A DNA stretch of 64,000 nt from Octopus sinensis (GCF_006345805.1 NC_043014.1:54684001-54748000); one strand, 5' to 3'; counted from the first letter of the stretch, positions 1-13,740 are shown. Notes: generated from the letters alone by a model not told the origin. Translations and numbers: made by a program.

Positions 1-300
1 GCCGGTGGCACATAAAAAGCACCATCCGAACATGGCAGATGCCAGCACGTCCTTGGCTGGCTCCCGTGCCGGTGGCACATTAAAAACACCAACCAATCGT
101 GGCCGATGCCAGACTCCCCTGGCACGTAAAAAGCACCCACTACGTTTGCGGAGTGGTTGGCGTTAGGAAGGGCATCCAGCTGTAGAAACACTGCCAGATC
201 AGACTGGAGCCCGGTGCAGCCTCCAGGCTTCGCAGACCCTGGTCAAACCGTCCAACCCATGCTAGCGCGGAAAACGGACGTTAAACGATGATGATGATGA
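1..300 (+). mobile_element. RTE-clade LINE 3' tail, running off the left edge of the window
   Basis: Repeated GGTGGCAC(A/G)TAAAAAGCACC modules, then TTGGCGTTAGGAAGGGCATCCAGCTGTAGAAAC and CCAACCCATGCTAGC, ending in a (GAT)n tail. The same tail follows RTE coding sequence at 6319-7111. Confidence 0.85.
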
Positions 301-1302
301 TATATATATAGACACACACACACGTGTATGTGTGTGTGTGTGTGTATGTGTGTGTATTGATCTGCTCTGGTATGTTGCTATGATAATGAAAAAGTGATGT
401 TCTTTGTAGCAAAGCATTCTACAGCTACAGAAACAGTTGATGTAGCACCATCATTCTGTGGTTGCTATAGCAACAGGCTGTATTTCAGAAACCATCAAAG
501 AAACACCAACACAGTCATTCAATCTGCTAGAAATGGCAACTAAATATTCCTTCAAACCATGCACTACCATCTTAAAAAGCAAAGTATGAATTAATCCACG
601 TGATCCTCATCCTCCTCATCCTCTGCCCTACCACCATCACCACCATCATCATTGTCATTGTCAACGTCATCATCATCATCATCACCATTATCATCATTGT
701 CATTGGTATCATCATCATCATCGTCATCGTCATCATATTGGCATGGATTGGATAGTTTTGAGAGGCTCCAATGAGCTGGAGAATTGCATCCAGCTCCAAT
801 GTCTGCTTTGGCCAGCAGAGCTGGACACCCTTCATAATGCTGACCAATTTACAAAGGGCACTGGATGCATTTTTGTGGCCCTGTCACTAGGGAGGGCACT
901 GAGTAACCTTCAAAGCAAAAATAGCCCTTCAAATGAGTGGGGTTTTAATGCCAGGTGTTAAGGGGCTAAACTATGACATGGGAGCAGGAAATGGTGTCCC
1001 CTTCCCCCCATCATAAACAAAACATCTAGAACTGAGTTGATTTGGGATGGAACGTGGGATCTAATCAATACCAACAATATTTAATGATATTAGTTAATGA
1101 GGCTTTTATGGGGTCACTTGACGAGCTGAAAACAGGGACTAAAATTTGCTCAGAATCACTCTTAAAAATGATGATGAACATATGTGAGACTGGCCAATGT
1201 TAGTGCCATTTGCCTGTCACCTGGTGGCACATAAAAAGCATTATTGGAGGCAGTGACAGGTGACTGAGACCCTTCGCAATATACTGTGCTTGTAAGGCAG
1301 CA

Positions 1303-1875
1303 AGCTGGCAGAATCATTAGCACGCCGGGCGAAATGCTTAGCGGTATTTTGTCTGTCTTTATGTTCTGAGTTCAAATTCCACTGAGGTCGACTTTGCCTT
1401 TCATCCTTTTGGGGTCAATAAATTAAGTACCAGTTATGCACTGGGGCCGATGTAATCGACTTAATACCTTTGTCTGTCCTTGTTTGTCCCCTCTGTGTTT
1501 AGCCCCTTGTGGGTAGTAAAGAAATAGGTATTTTGTCTGCCGTTACGTTTTGAGTTTAAATTCTGCTGAGGTCGACTTTGCCTTTCATCCTTTCGGGGTC
1601 GATAAATTAAGTACCAGTTATGCACTGGGGCCGATGTAATCGACTTAATACCTTTGTCTGTCCTTGTTTGTCCCCTCTGTGTTTAGCCCCTTGTGGGTAG
1701 TAAAGAAATAGGTATTTTGTCTGCCGTTACGTTTTGAGTTTAAATTCTGCTGAGGTCGACTTTGCCTTTCATCCTTTCGGGGTCGATAAATTAAGTACCA
1801 GTTGCGTACTTAGGTCGATCTAATCGACTTCCCCCCCTTCCTTCCCCAAAATTTCAGGCCTTGTGTCTAGAGTAG
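1303..1875 (+). mobile_element. tRNA-derived SINE family B, head-to-tail multimer
   Basis: Head GCTGGCAGAATCATTAGC with B-box-like GAGTTCAAATTC and central GTCGACTTTGCCTTTCATCCTTTCGGGGTCGATAAATTAAGTACCAG. AATTAAGTACCAG recurs at 1421, 1605 and 1789 (184-bp period). Confidence 0.85.
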
Positions 1876-2397
1876 TAAAGAAAAGAATATATTCTGCTTG
1901 TGTTGACCTGTCAAGCCAAGTGAGACCATAGTCATGTCAGGTCAATGGTACATAAAAAACCTCCACTACACTCTCATAGTGATGGGCATTAGGAAGGGCA
2001 TTGAGCTGTAGAAATCTTGCCAAATCAGATTGGAACTTGGTGCAGTTCCCGGCTTATCAGTTTTCAGTCAAACTGTCCAACCCATGCCAGCATGGAAAGT
2101 GGACATTAAATGACAACCATGATGATGGCGATGTGTGTGTGTGTGTATGCACATATACATATAAATAAGGATAAGATTGATATTTAAATACTGATCTTAT
2201 CAGGTGGCCAGCATGGGAATAAAATCTTCAAAGATATTAATTATTTAAAATTATAATTTAGAGTATTTAAGAGATACCACCACACTGGAAATAGCAGTTA
2301 AAACTTGATTCTAAAACCACATTAATGTATGCATAAATATATATGTATACACACACACACACACACACACATACTGGCTGAGTGTTGAAAGTTTATT

Positions 2398-2436
<39 letters not shown>

Positions 2437-2438
<2 letters not shown>

Positions 2439-2618
2439 TTTATGAAAAAAGCAAAAGACGAAGACAGGTGGTGTAGAAAACAAACAGATGTATTAGTATA
2501 ACGCTCAGGAATAGAAAAAGTATTTTACGTTTTGAGCCTACGCTCTTCTACAGAAAGGGACACAGAAAAAACAAGGAGAGAAAAATATGTGTGTAGGAGC
2601 TAACAATCTATCATGGCA

Positions 2619-2620
<2 letters not shown>
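2437..2620 (-). mobile_element. Penelope-like element terminal-repeat fragment with degenerate hammerhead motif
   Basis: Minus strand 2557-2523 reads CTTT CTGTAGA A GAGC GTAG GCTC AAAAC GTA AAAT. A truncated second copy of the flanking sequence lies at ~22392-22462. Confidence 0.55.
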
Positions 2621-2681
<61 letters not shown>

Positions 2682-3924
2682 GTATTATATATATTATATA
2701 TATTTGTGTGAGTGTGTATAAAATGAAAGACAGCAAAAAGTGCTCAACACAAGAAAACTTCCTTCCACAAGCTTTGTATCATTTTTGTTGGAGTTTATTA
2801 ACGATTTTGTTTCATATAATTAATAATTTTTAATTTAAGAAAATCCTTCTTTAGAAATTGTGACTGTATCAAGAATTTTTTTTCTAAAAACAGTTTTTAA
2901 AAAAAAAAACAGAAACCTAATATTACACACTTACACACACACACTTACACACACGCATACATATGTGTGTGTGTGTGTGTATTCTTTGCTAATGTGTCTC
3001 CTGTAACTGTCTCAGTCCCTCACCATCTCCCCCCTCTCTCTTTCACTCTTTCTTAGCCAAGCCCCACCAACACCACCACCACCCCTATATACTCCTCCCC
3101 CGTCCCCACCCCAACAATGTACCCTTTTAAGTGCATGTCTCAGGAACCCTTTGTACCATTCTACAATAGATCTCTCCTGCCATATTGTCTCAGGTTTCTT
3201 TTGTTCCTTTCTTTCTTTTTTCTTGCTTCCTCCCCCCTCCCACACTCACTCCTACTCTTTCCTCCCTCCTCTCCCCTGCTCCTTTCTCTCCCTCTTTCTC
3301 ATCCAATTTGCTTTGTTGTTGCTGTTGTTCTTCTTGTCTAGCTCCAGGTCAAAATCCTAATCAAGCAGACTTTTGATCAAAGACATTCCACCTATGGCCA
3401 CCCTGTCTTATTCCTCTAAACAATGTGGTCCAGGACCACATAACACAGATTGTCCCTCAGTTTTTTCTTAAGTGGTAATGTGATTTGGAGACTTGACTGC
3501 TATTTCTAGCCCGTACCCCAACCACATACAGCACTTGCCTCCTTCAAGGCTCCATATTCTCTCTTCTTTCTTTCTTTCTTTATTTTTCTATTTTTTCTTC
3601 CTACTTTTGTCTCCCTTTCTTCTCCTTTTCTTTCTTTCTCTCTTCCTTTCATTTTTTCTTTCCTTCCTTTCATTCTTTCTTTCTTTTCTTCACCATTATT
3701 TCTTCTTCCTTCTACCATTTCAGTATTTCTTTTCTCTGTCTTCTTTTTTCCTTCCTTCTCTTTTATACTTTCATTCTTCTAATCTCTATCTCTCCTTCTC
3801 GTCCTGATGATGATGATGATGATGAATTGAGCACTGTTTCCCCTTCCCTAAAATTTCAGGCCTTGAACCTATCGTCGTCATCGTCGTCGTCATCATCATC
3901 ATCATCATCATCCTCCTCCTCCTC

Positions 3925-4250
3925 ATCACTATCATCATCGTCATAGTCTAACATCTGCTTTCCATGCTAGCATGGGTTGGACGATTTTGACTGAGGACTG
4001 GCGAACCAGATGGCTGCACCAGGCTCCAATCTTGATCTGGCAGAGTTTCTACAGCTGGATGCCCTTCCTAACGCCAACCACCCCGAGAGTGTAGTGGGTG
4101 CTTTTTATGTGCCACTGGCACGGGGGCCAGTCAGGCGGGACTAGCAACGACCTCGCTCGAATCTTTTTACACATGCCACCGGCACAGGTGCCAGTAAGGC
4201 GACGTTGGTAACGATCACGCTCGAACGGTGCCCTTTTTACGTGCCACGGC
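3925..4250 (-). mobile_element. RTE LINE 3' tail
   Basis: Reverse complement of the tail at 1-300, preceded by (CAT)n. Confidence 0.85.
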
Positions 4251-5844
4251 AAGTATAAAATTTCAAGGTTGTGTAGTTTTTTGAAATAAAAATAATTCTT
4301 TATTTGAGACTCTTGTCTTTGACATTTTAGTATTATGAACAGAGGTAGTGAGAGAGACTAATGTAAATAACTACAGAGGTTCTCCATTCAAAAGTAACAG
4401 GAAAGCCATGTTTGTTGGGGGTTTCCTACCATTCCTGGTGAACGACACCTTTGTACCACTCAGGCAACAAGCTTCCCCACCCATCAGTGTTTGAATAGTT
4501 GTTGCTGGTGGAGGTTTTACAAGGTTACCAGTGCCGCCTGACATGCTGGTGGCATGTAGAAAGCATCCACTACACTCTTGGAGTGGTTGGCGTCAGGAAG
4601 GGCATCCAGCTGTAGAAACTTTGCCATATTGGATTGGAGCCTTTAGTCAAACCGTCCAACCCATGCCAGCATAGAAAACGGACGTTAAACGACGATGGTG
4701 ATTGATGATGAGTGTAAACCCTGCCTCGACCCCTTTTTGTTGCCTTTCACAACTTGCAGAGGAAACGTTGGGTCCTTTCTTTGAAATGCTGGTCCCCACC
4801 ACACAGCACCAGAGCAATGTGAAATCAAGAAGTGATTTGCTCAGGAACGCAACAAGCTGCCCCGTCTGGGAGTCAAACCCACGATATGACAACTGTGGGG
4901 GCAAAACCTTAAACACATGCCATCAAAACTGTTCCCATTTGTTTTTCTCTTTTTTTGCTAAGGGACAAATGATTGCAGCAAACAAGTGAATGAGTGAGCC
5001 TCCACATCAGTCACAGACAATCTATCAGTCATGGGATTTTATGAAGAGCATGATCAAAGAAAAATTACCTCAGAATTTTAAGTAGAATGGGTGCTCAATG
5101 ACGCGTCAGGCCTTATGACTCGTTCAAAAAGTTGCTCGTATCTGCTCTATATGGTAGTGCGACTTGCTAGAAATAGCAGCCAAATCTCCCTCAAATCTAA
5201 AAAGAAAAAAAAAGTCAGACATTGGATAATGCATAATCCTCAAAATAAGGCAGGATGGTCATTAATTGAAGATCATCGACCATAGGATTCGTTCTGGAGA
5301 ATATTCAAAACTTCCCTTCAAATATATCTTCTGCACGATTCACCCCCGCTAGCCACCCCACCATCTTTATACCGAGACGACACACGTAGCTTGTGACACC
5401 TCGTCCTTCGATCAGCTTACAAAAAGCCTTCCCAAAGTCACGGCATTTGCTGTGCCTTTGTCTCATTGACAATTCCTTGACGATCGAACCCGGAGCGAGG
5501 AGGAATGGCAAAGTCGAGATAAGGGGACGTAACTATTACCTACCTCCAGCAAGTGCGCTTTCCACGAATCCATTATTTACGGCTTCTGTCTCTCCGTTGG
5601 TGTTTTATAAAAGTTAATAAAAAATATATTATGCTAATACACGACCATAGATAGGTAAATGGTGGGCGAGGAAGGATTGTTGTCGTAATTAACTTCGTTA
5701 CGTGATTTATTTTATGGATTCCTATAGAGAACAGACGCATAAAAGTACTCAGAATCACATAGCATTTTCTAAACAGACTTTTACAATTCTCCAACGTGAA
5801 CACAACTCATTAACCTTTACCGTCTCACACGCACACGCGCAAGC

Positions 5845-5882
<38 letters not shown>

Positions 5883-6284
5883 TCAAATATTAATTATAAT
5901 ATCATTGTTTTTCTTATGTCATCTATTTTTCTTACACACACACACACATGTATGTACAAATATCACTAAATGCGACTAAGGGTGTCAAGACGCTTACATT
6001 GCTAGAAATAAGAGCTAAAATGCTCTAATGCTGTAGGAAAAGCACATATATGTATTTATATAAATGTATATATTGACCATCATATTTATTTATTCCTTTT
6101 TATAAAAACTAACAGCTTATTTTGCTGGGTATGGCGGAAAGTGTCAGCCGTCCACAGCCAGCAGACTAAGGGGACACTTGTTAACTAGTCATGCTCCAAG
6201 AACCCTGCAAAGAATTATTGCAGTTCCGAGCAATGCTGGGGGAACAAACACAGACACACAAACACACACATATATGTATATAAA

Positions 6285-6318
<34 letters not shown>

Positions 6319-6319
<1 letters not shown>

Positions 6320-7111
6320 GACCCAGGAAAACCTGGGACGAGGTGGTGATGAGCACGACCTTCGAACTTTAGGCCTCACTGAGGAAATGACCAGAGACGA
6401 GACCTTTGAAATATTCTGTACGTGAGAAGACCAGGCAGGACAAGTGAGCCCAGCCCACTTATGAATGCCTTTCCTCCCTTGGACACAAAGACCGGTTGAG
6501 GCAAGCGAAGTCGATATAGAACCTCATCCGACGACAGACACCCATACCAACCCCCATGCTTGCGAAGACATGTTGGGGCAAGCGAAATCGAAATCGAAAT
6601 CGAAACCGAATTGAACCAGCCAGGATCCCTGGCCTGGTGGTACGTAAAAAGCACTATCCGACTCGGGGCAGTGGCACGTAAAATACTCCAATGCGACCGT
6701 ACGACAGGCACCCTTGCCAACCCCCTTTGCTTGTGAAGACATGTTGGGGCAAGCGAAATCGAAATCGAATTGAACCAGCCAGGATCCCTGGTCTGGTGGT
6801 ACGTAAAAAGCACTATCCGACTCGTGGCCGATGCCAGCACCCGCCTCGACTGGCTTCCGTGCCGGTGGCACAATAAAATACACCAATCTGACCGTGGCCG
6901 TTGCCAGCCCCGCCTGGCACCTGTGCAGGTGGCACGTAAAAAGCACCCACTACACTCACGGAGTGGTTGCGTTAGGAAGGGCATCCAGCGTGAGAAACAT
7001 TGCAAATTAGACTGGAGCCTGGTGCAGCCTTCTGGCTTCCCAGAACCCCGGTCGAACCGTCCAACCCATGCTAGCATGGAGAACGGACGTTAACGACGAT
7101 GATGATGATGA
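6319..7111 (+). mobile_element. 5'-truncated RTE LINE: ORF C-terminus plus long 3' UTR
   Basis: Starts with RPRKTWDEVV (the RTE ORF end, also seen near 60500). Continues through a UTR with an internal duplication to the (GAT)n tail. Confidence 0.85.
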
Positions 7112-7187
7112 GATATATATATATATATTCAGCGGTGGTGCCCCAGCATGGCCGCGGCCTTCGGCGAAAACATTTTTAAGGACTTAA

Positions 7188-7286
<99 letters not shown>

Positions 7287-7437
7287 AATATAATATATAT
7301 ATATAGAACTATGTACACATATATATATCTATAATATGTACATATTTCTATATATATATATTTATATATATATATATATATATATTATATTATATAGAGA
7401 GAGAGAGGAGAGAGAGAGGAGAGAGAAATATGTACAT

Positions 7438-7470
<33 letters not shown>

Positions 7471-7495
7471 GAGAGAGAGAGAGAGAAATATGTAC

Positions 7496-7550
<55 letters not shown>

Positions 7551-7782
7551 CACGGTGGGATCTTCCAGTTTCCATCTACCAAATCCACTGACAAGGCTTT
7601 GGTCAGTCCAAGGCTATAGTAGAAGACACTTGCTCAAGATGCCATGCAGTGGGACTGAACCCATGCCCATGTGGTTGGTAGGCAAGCTACTTACCACACA
7701 ACCACTCCTGCGCCTCATAGGTAAATTTTATAAATATTCTATAATTATAAAATAATTATATGAGTGTGTGTGTTGTGTGTGT

Positions 7783-8100
7783 GGAGGTGCAATGGCCCAG
7801 TGGTCAGGGAACAAGACTTGCGGTCGTAGGATCGCAGTTTCGATTCCCTGGCGCTGTGAGTGTTTATTGACCGAAAAATACCTAAAGTTCCACGAGGCTC
7901 TGCTGTACACTTTCACCACAACTTTCTCTCATTCTTTTATCCCTGTTTCCAGTCTTGTCCCACTCTGTGTCACTCTGAATCTCCCTGAGAACTACATTAA
8001 GGGTACACGTGTCTATGGAGTACTCAGCCACTTGCATGTTGATTTCACAAGCATTGATCAGATCATATTGAACCCACTTTGTCATAGCCAACGGAGTGCC
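7783..8100 (+). mobile_element. tRNA-derived SINE family D, degenerate copy
   Basis: GTGGAGGTGCAATGGCCCAGTGG A-box head and GTTTCGATTCC B-box. Tail matches the reverse complement of 27736-28122. Confidence 0.75.
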
Positions 8101-8962
8101 ACTATATATATCTATAAATATTTTACTGGGGAAGGTCGGTTTATGGGGTTACTCTGGGTTTCCCGTTGCTAAAGGGTTTAACTTAATGGCTCATCGTCAG
8201 ACCCCAAGACCTGTTGGCCTGAAACCTCCATAAAATATGGACAGGAAAAGCCTACTTGTTTCAGTCATTTGACTGCGGCCGTGCTGGAGCACTGCTTTTG
8301 ATTGAAGAAATCAACCCCAGGTCTTATTCTTTGTAAGCCTGGTACTTCTTCTATTGACCTCTTTTGCCGAACCACTAAGTAAAAGGGACATAAACACACC
8401 AACGTCGGTTTTCAAGTAATGGAGATGGAGACAAACACAGACCCACACACACAAGGACACATGCACACACATATACATGCACACACACACACACCACAAA
8501 CACACACACACATATGGCAGGCTTCTTTCAGTTTCCATCTACCAAATCTGCTCACAAGGCTTTGGTCAACCCAAGGCTATAGTAGAAGACACTTGTCCAA
8601 GGTGCCATGCAGTGGAACTGAACCCAGAACCACAGGGGCCTGATGAGGCTGGCAAACGGCTAGGATCAGCTGGTACTTTTTACGTGTCATCGACACGGAC
8701 GCCAGTCAGGTGGTGCTGGCATCAGCCACATTTGGATGGTGCTTTTGACGTGCCACTGGCACGGGTGTCTTAACTACAATTTCCATTTGATTTTCATTTT
8801 GATGTTGGTGTTGACGTACTTGACTCAATAGGTCTCCTCAAGAACAGCCGGGTCACTCTACGATCCAAGGTAAGCACAGCAGGCTGTCCTGCAAGCCATG
8901 AACCCACTTCATTTGTTGGGTCTTCAAGGTCACAGCATACCTCCAATATATATATAATATAT

Positions 8963-8995
<33 letters not shown>

Positions 8996-8996
8996 G

Positions 8997-9048
<52 letters not shown>

Positions 9049-9450
9049 AATTAATTTACTCTGCTATGTATTGAGTACCTTATTTACTGTGGTTAACCCC
9101 GACTCAACCCGGGACCTACATATATATATATATGTATGTATGTATTCTTTTATTCTTTTATTTGTTTCAGTCATTTGACTGTGGCCATGCTAGAGCACTG
9201 CCTTTAGTTGAACAAATCAACCCCATGACATATTCTTTGTAAGCCCAGTACTTATTCTATCAGTGCCTTTGGCTGAACCACTAAGGTACGGGGACGTAAA
9301 TACACCAGTATTGGTTGCCAAGCGATTGTAGGGTGACAAACACAGACACAAACAAACACATACACACACACATCATCATCATTGTTTTACTTCTGCTCTC
9401 CATGCTGGCATGGGTTGGATGGTTTGACTGAGGACTTATGAGCCAGAGGC

Positions 9451-9492
<42 letters not shown>

Positions 9493-10569
9493 TATACATA
9501 TATATGATGGGCTTCTTTCAGTTTCTGTCTGCCAAATCTACTCACAAGGCTTTGGTCAGCCTGAGGCTATAGTGGAAGACACTTGTTCCATGCAGTGGAA
9601 CTGAACCTGGAAGCTACTTACCATACAGGCCTCTACACAGTTTCTGTCTATTAAATTCACTGACGGGGCATTAGTCAGCCCAGGCCATAGTAGGAGGCAT
9701 TTCCCCATGGTGCCACCCAGTGAGACTGAACCCAAAACCATGTGCTTACCAAACCAGCTCCTGAAACCGCCCAGCCATTCTCATCAATATCACTGAAGCA
9801 TCCCAGCATGCCTCATTCCACCATTCTGCTATGACACAGGGTGGGTGGGCATATCAGTGACAATCCTATCCCTGTGTGCAAGTTGAGGGTAATGACCCAG
9901 AGTGGAGCCAGGTTGTCTGTGGCTGGGATAAGGATCTCTGGGACTTGAATTATCTGAAGAGTTTCCACCACTTACCAATGCGGAAACGGGAATCGAATGA
10001 TTTCATGTTCTTCAGCAGCAACACCTGACATATTGGTGTGTGTGTGTGTGTGCATGTTAAATATATACAACTACATATTGACATGCATATATGATATGTG
10101 TGTATATACATCCGTAAATGTGTGTGTGTGTGTGTGTGTTTTGATATTTCTTTAAATTCTTCTTCGCAGGATTCAAGCCAGCCATGAGCAATGAATGACA
10201 AGACTTCTTTGAGTCAAGACAGCCCCAGGAATTTGTGAATCAATGTGTGTGTATATTTATATATATATGTGTGTGTGTAACTTTAGGCTTGTATGTATGT
10301 GGGTGTGTGTGGCTATTTGTATCTGTGTGGTTGAACTATCGTGTGCAATCACTCGTGTAATAGGTGAACATGTTTTTCCAGTAAACAAGAACATTTGCTG
10401 TTTTATTTGTGTTTATTTTTCTTTGAGATTTACGTAAAAGTTGTTCTTCACAGAATTCAAGCTGGTCACTAACCAAGTGACAAAGCTTCTTTTGTTTAAG
10501 TCAAGACAGTTCTCAGCATTTGAGAATACAGAAGTTGTAAATATTTGCATATATATTCGTCAGTGTAAG

Positions 10570-10880
10570 GCCGGAAGCTGGCAGAATCATTAACACACCA
10601 GGCGAAATGCTTAGTAGTATTTCGTCTGCTGTTACGTTCTGAGTTCAAATTCCTCCGAAGTCAACTTTGCCTTTCATCTTTTCAAGGTCGATTAAATAAG
10701 TACCAGCTACGCACTGGGGTTGATATAATCGACTTAATCCATTTGTCTGTCCTTGTTTGTCCTCTCTGCTTTTAGCCCCTTGTGGGTAGTAAAGAAATAG
10801 GTATTTCATCTGTCTTTACGTTTCTGAGTTCAAATTCCGCTGAAGTCGACTTTGCCTTTAATCCTTTCGGGGTCGATAAA
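10570..10880 (+). mobile_element. SINE family B dimer
   Basis: A full unit followed by the AAAGAAATAGGTATTTC junction and a second, head-less unit. Confidence 0.8.
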
Positions 10881-11097
10881 TTAATCTTTGAAAATGTTGC
10901 TTTCGAATTCCAGCCAACTCAAAGCAAACCACTTTATGAGCTGAAGATCTTTGCTGAAGGTCATCAGCTGAAAGTCGTTAGAGAGTTTCATTAGCAAAAA
11001 AATAGCTGGTACCATTTCTACTTAAGACAATGGAATATTATTTGCCTCTGAAAAAGTAAAAGGGCAACTGATGTATCTATGCATGTACGCATATATG

Positions 11098-11124
<27 letters not shown>

Positions 11125-11134
<10 letters not shown>

Positions 11135-11216
11135 AAACAAGTCAAAATAGAAAATGCTAAAATAATTTTATAAAATTATTTTAGCATTTTCTATTTTGAC
11201 ATGTTTTTTCATATAT
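11125..11216. repeat. Spacer-less AT-rich palindrome with 46-bp arms
   Basis: 11125-11170 is the reverse complement of 11171-11216 with one mismatch. Centre reads ATAATTTTA|TAAAATTAT. Confidence 0.95.
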
Positions 11217-11274
11217 CAACTCATGTTCCTTTTACCCTTATACATATATATATATATATACATATATATATCAT

Positions 11275-11603
11275 CATCATCATCATCGTTTAACGTCCAT
11301 TTTCTGTGCTAGCATGGGTTGGACAGTTCGACCTGGGTCTGGGAAGCCAGGAGGCTGCACCAGGCTCCAGTCTGATCTGGCAGTGTTTCTACAGCTGGAT
11401 GCCCTTCCTAACGCCAACCAGTCTATGAGTGTAGTGGGCAACAGCCATGATTGGTTGGTGCTTTTTACGTGCCAATGGCACGGAAGCCAATCAAGGCAGC
11501 ACTGGCATCGGCCACGTTCCGATGGTGCTTTTTATGTGCCACCGGCACAGGTGTCACAACTACCATTTCCATTTGATTTTTATTTTAATGTTGATGTACT
11601 TAT

Positions 11604-11620
<17 letters not shown>
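11275..11620 (-). mobile_element. RTE LINE 3' tail. Further minus copies at ~12560-12890, 25470-25960, 33848-34170, 40790-41090, 47440-47860 and 56990-57180.
   Basis: (CAT)n CGTTTAACGTCC..CTAGCATGGGTTGGAC..CAGCTGGATGCCCTTCCTAACGCCAACC..GGTGCTTTTTACGTGCCA. Confidence 0.85.
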
Positions 11621-11641
<21 letters not shown>

Positions 11642-12264
11642 TTATGTATATATATATATATATATATATATACATGCATGCATGTGTGCATTAATGTTCT
11701 CTTCTGTTTTTAATTATTTAATTCCTTCTGCTGAGGAAAGAGTTGGCTTCTAACAAAGATACAAAGCTCCATCACTGGAATGTCTGAATGTTTGTCTGTC
11801 TGTCAGTCAGTCTGTACCTCTGTATGTATATGAGTAAGTATGCATGCAAATATGCGTGTATATGCATGTCTATGTACGTACGTATGCATGTATGTATGTA
11901 AGCATGTGCAAATGCATGATGTTTGTATACACACACACACACACACGGCCGTATTGCAGAGTATCCTTCGTGAGCAACCAGAGCAATCACCTGCTAGAAA
12001 CTGAGGTAAAACTTTTCTGCTTTACCAGACAAAAATGCTAACTATTAGAGCACAGATTGTACTATACCCATACTCACCCACCCACCACCCACCACCCACC
12101 ACCACCACCAGCACATTCCCACACCACCCCTCTACGCCCTCTACATCCCCCCATCGTCCTCCACTCCCCACACCTAATTTTTTACACACCTGAGCTGTTA
12201 ATTGCACTTGTGTATTATTCAATGTCGTTTACATAACAAGATCTTACCTGTTCATCTAGAACTC

Positions 12265-12304
<40 letters not shown>

Positions 12305-12903
12305 CTAAAATGTACCTGCATGGTTAGAAATTACATAATAGAAAAAAAACCGTCTAAAATAATAATAAAAATAATAATAAAAATAATAATGATGATGATG
12401 ATGATATAAATAAAATAAAAAATAATAATAAAAATAATCGACTAAAAGAACTTAATTCTATTTATCTACTTATCTGTCTGTCTCTCTGACTCTCTCTGCC
12501 TCATCATATATACATACATACATACATACATATATATATATGTACAATCATCATCATCATCATCATCATCGTTTAGCGTCCGCTTTCCATGCTAGCATGG
12601 GTTGGACGGTTCAACTGGGGTCTGTGAAGCTGGAAGGCTTCGTCAGGCCCAGTCAGATCTGGCAGTGTTTCTACGGCTGGATGCCCTTCCTAACGCCAAC
12701 CACTCCGCGAGTGTAGTGGGTGTTTTTTACGTGCCACCTGCACAGGTGCCAGACAGAGCTGGCGAACGGCCATGAACGGATGGTGCTTTTACGTGTCACC
12801 GGCCACGGGCCAGGCGATGCTGGCAACGGACACGAACGGATGGTGCTTTTACGTGCCACCGACACAGGGCCAGACAGAGCTGTCAATATATATATATATA
12901 TAT

Positions 12904-12944
<41 letters not shown>

Positions 12945-12956
12945 ATAATATATATG

Positions 12957-13007
<51 letters not shown>

Positions 13008-13153
13008 GTATATATATAATATATAATATAAGATATATATATAATATATAATATATAATAATATATATATATATATATATAACATATTATATACATAATA
13101 TATATAATGTAATATATATATATATATATATATAATATATATGTATGTATGTA

Positions 13154-13192
<39 letters not shown>

Positions 13193-13709
13193 CATCATCA
13201 TCATCATCATCATCATAATTATTATTATCACTATTCACAGTGCCACAGATAGATGTAGGGCAAGAGGTGAGAGAGGATGGAGAGAGAGAGAAAGAGAGGA
13301 AGAGGAATAGGGTGAGGGAGGGTGTTGCCTGTCTTGTCTGGTGATTGGTGTTTATTATTATTACTAGGTTTGCAAGGTGGGGGGGGGGAAGTTTGGCAGT
13401 TTTGAGTGTCAAGGTGAAGGTGTGACCTTCTTTGGGGTCTCACGGCTGATACTCCATTGAGAAGCTGAGAGATCTGATGACGCTTGCAGATCAAAGCAGA
13501 TCATCAAAACAGGCAGTTGTGTGCAATTAGGATCTCTGCTGATGAGGTTAATGGATGGGAAGGCTTAACGATCTTATTAAACATCAGATCATCTCAATCA
13601 GAGATTGAGATATTTAGTTGTTACCTGCCTGGAATGAAATGCAGAGGATTGGGAACTGAACTCGTGACGATGGTGATGACGACGATGATGATGATGATGA
13701 TGGTGGTGG

Positions 13710-13740
<31 letters not shown>

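Noticed and set aside
2160-2330. Possible second Penelope-type fragment with a CTGATAAG hammerhead-like core on the minus strand
   Set aside because: Too degenerate: stem II and GAAA cannot be formed.
6376-7077. 233-aa minus-strand ORF and similar ORFs starting MLAWVGR or MGWTVR
   Set aside because: These are chance frames across the non-coding RTE 3' UTR, recurring wherever the repeat occurs.
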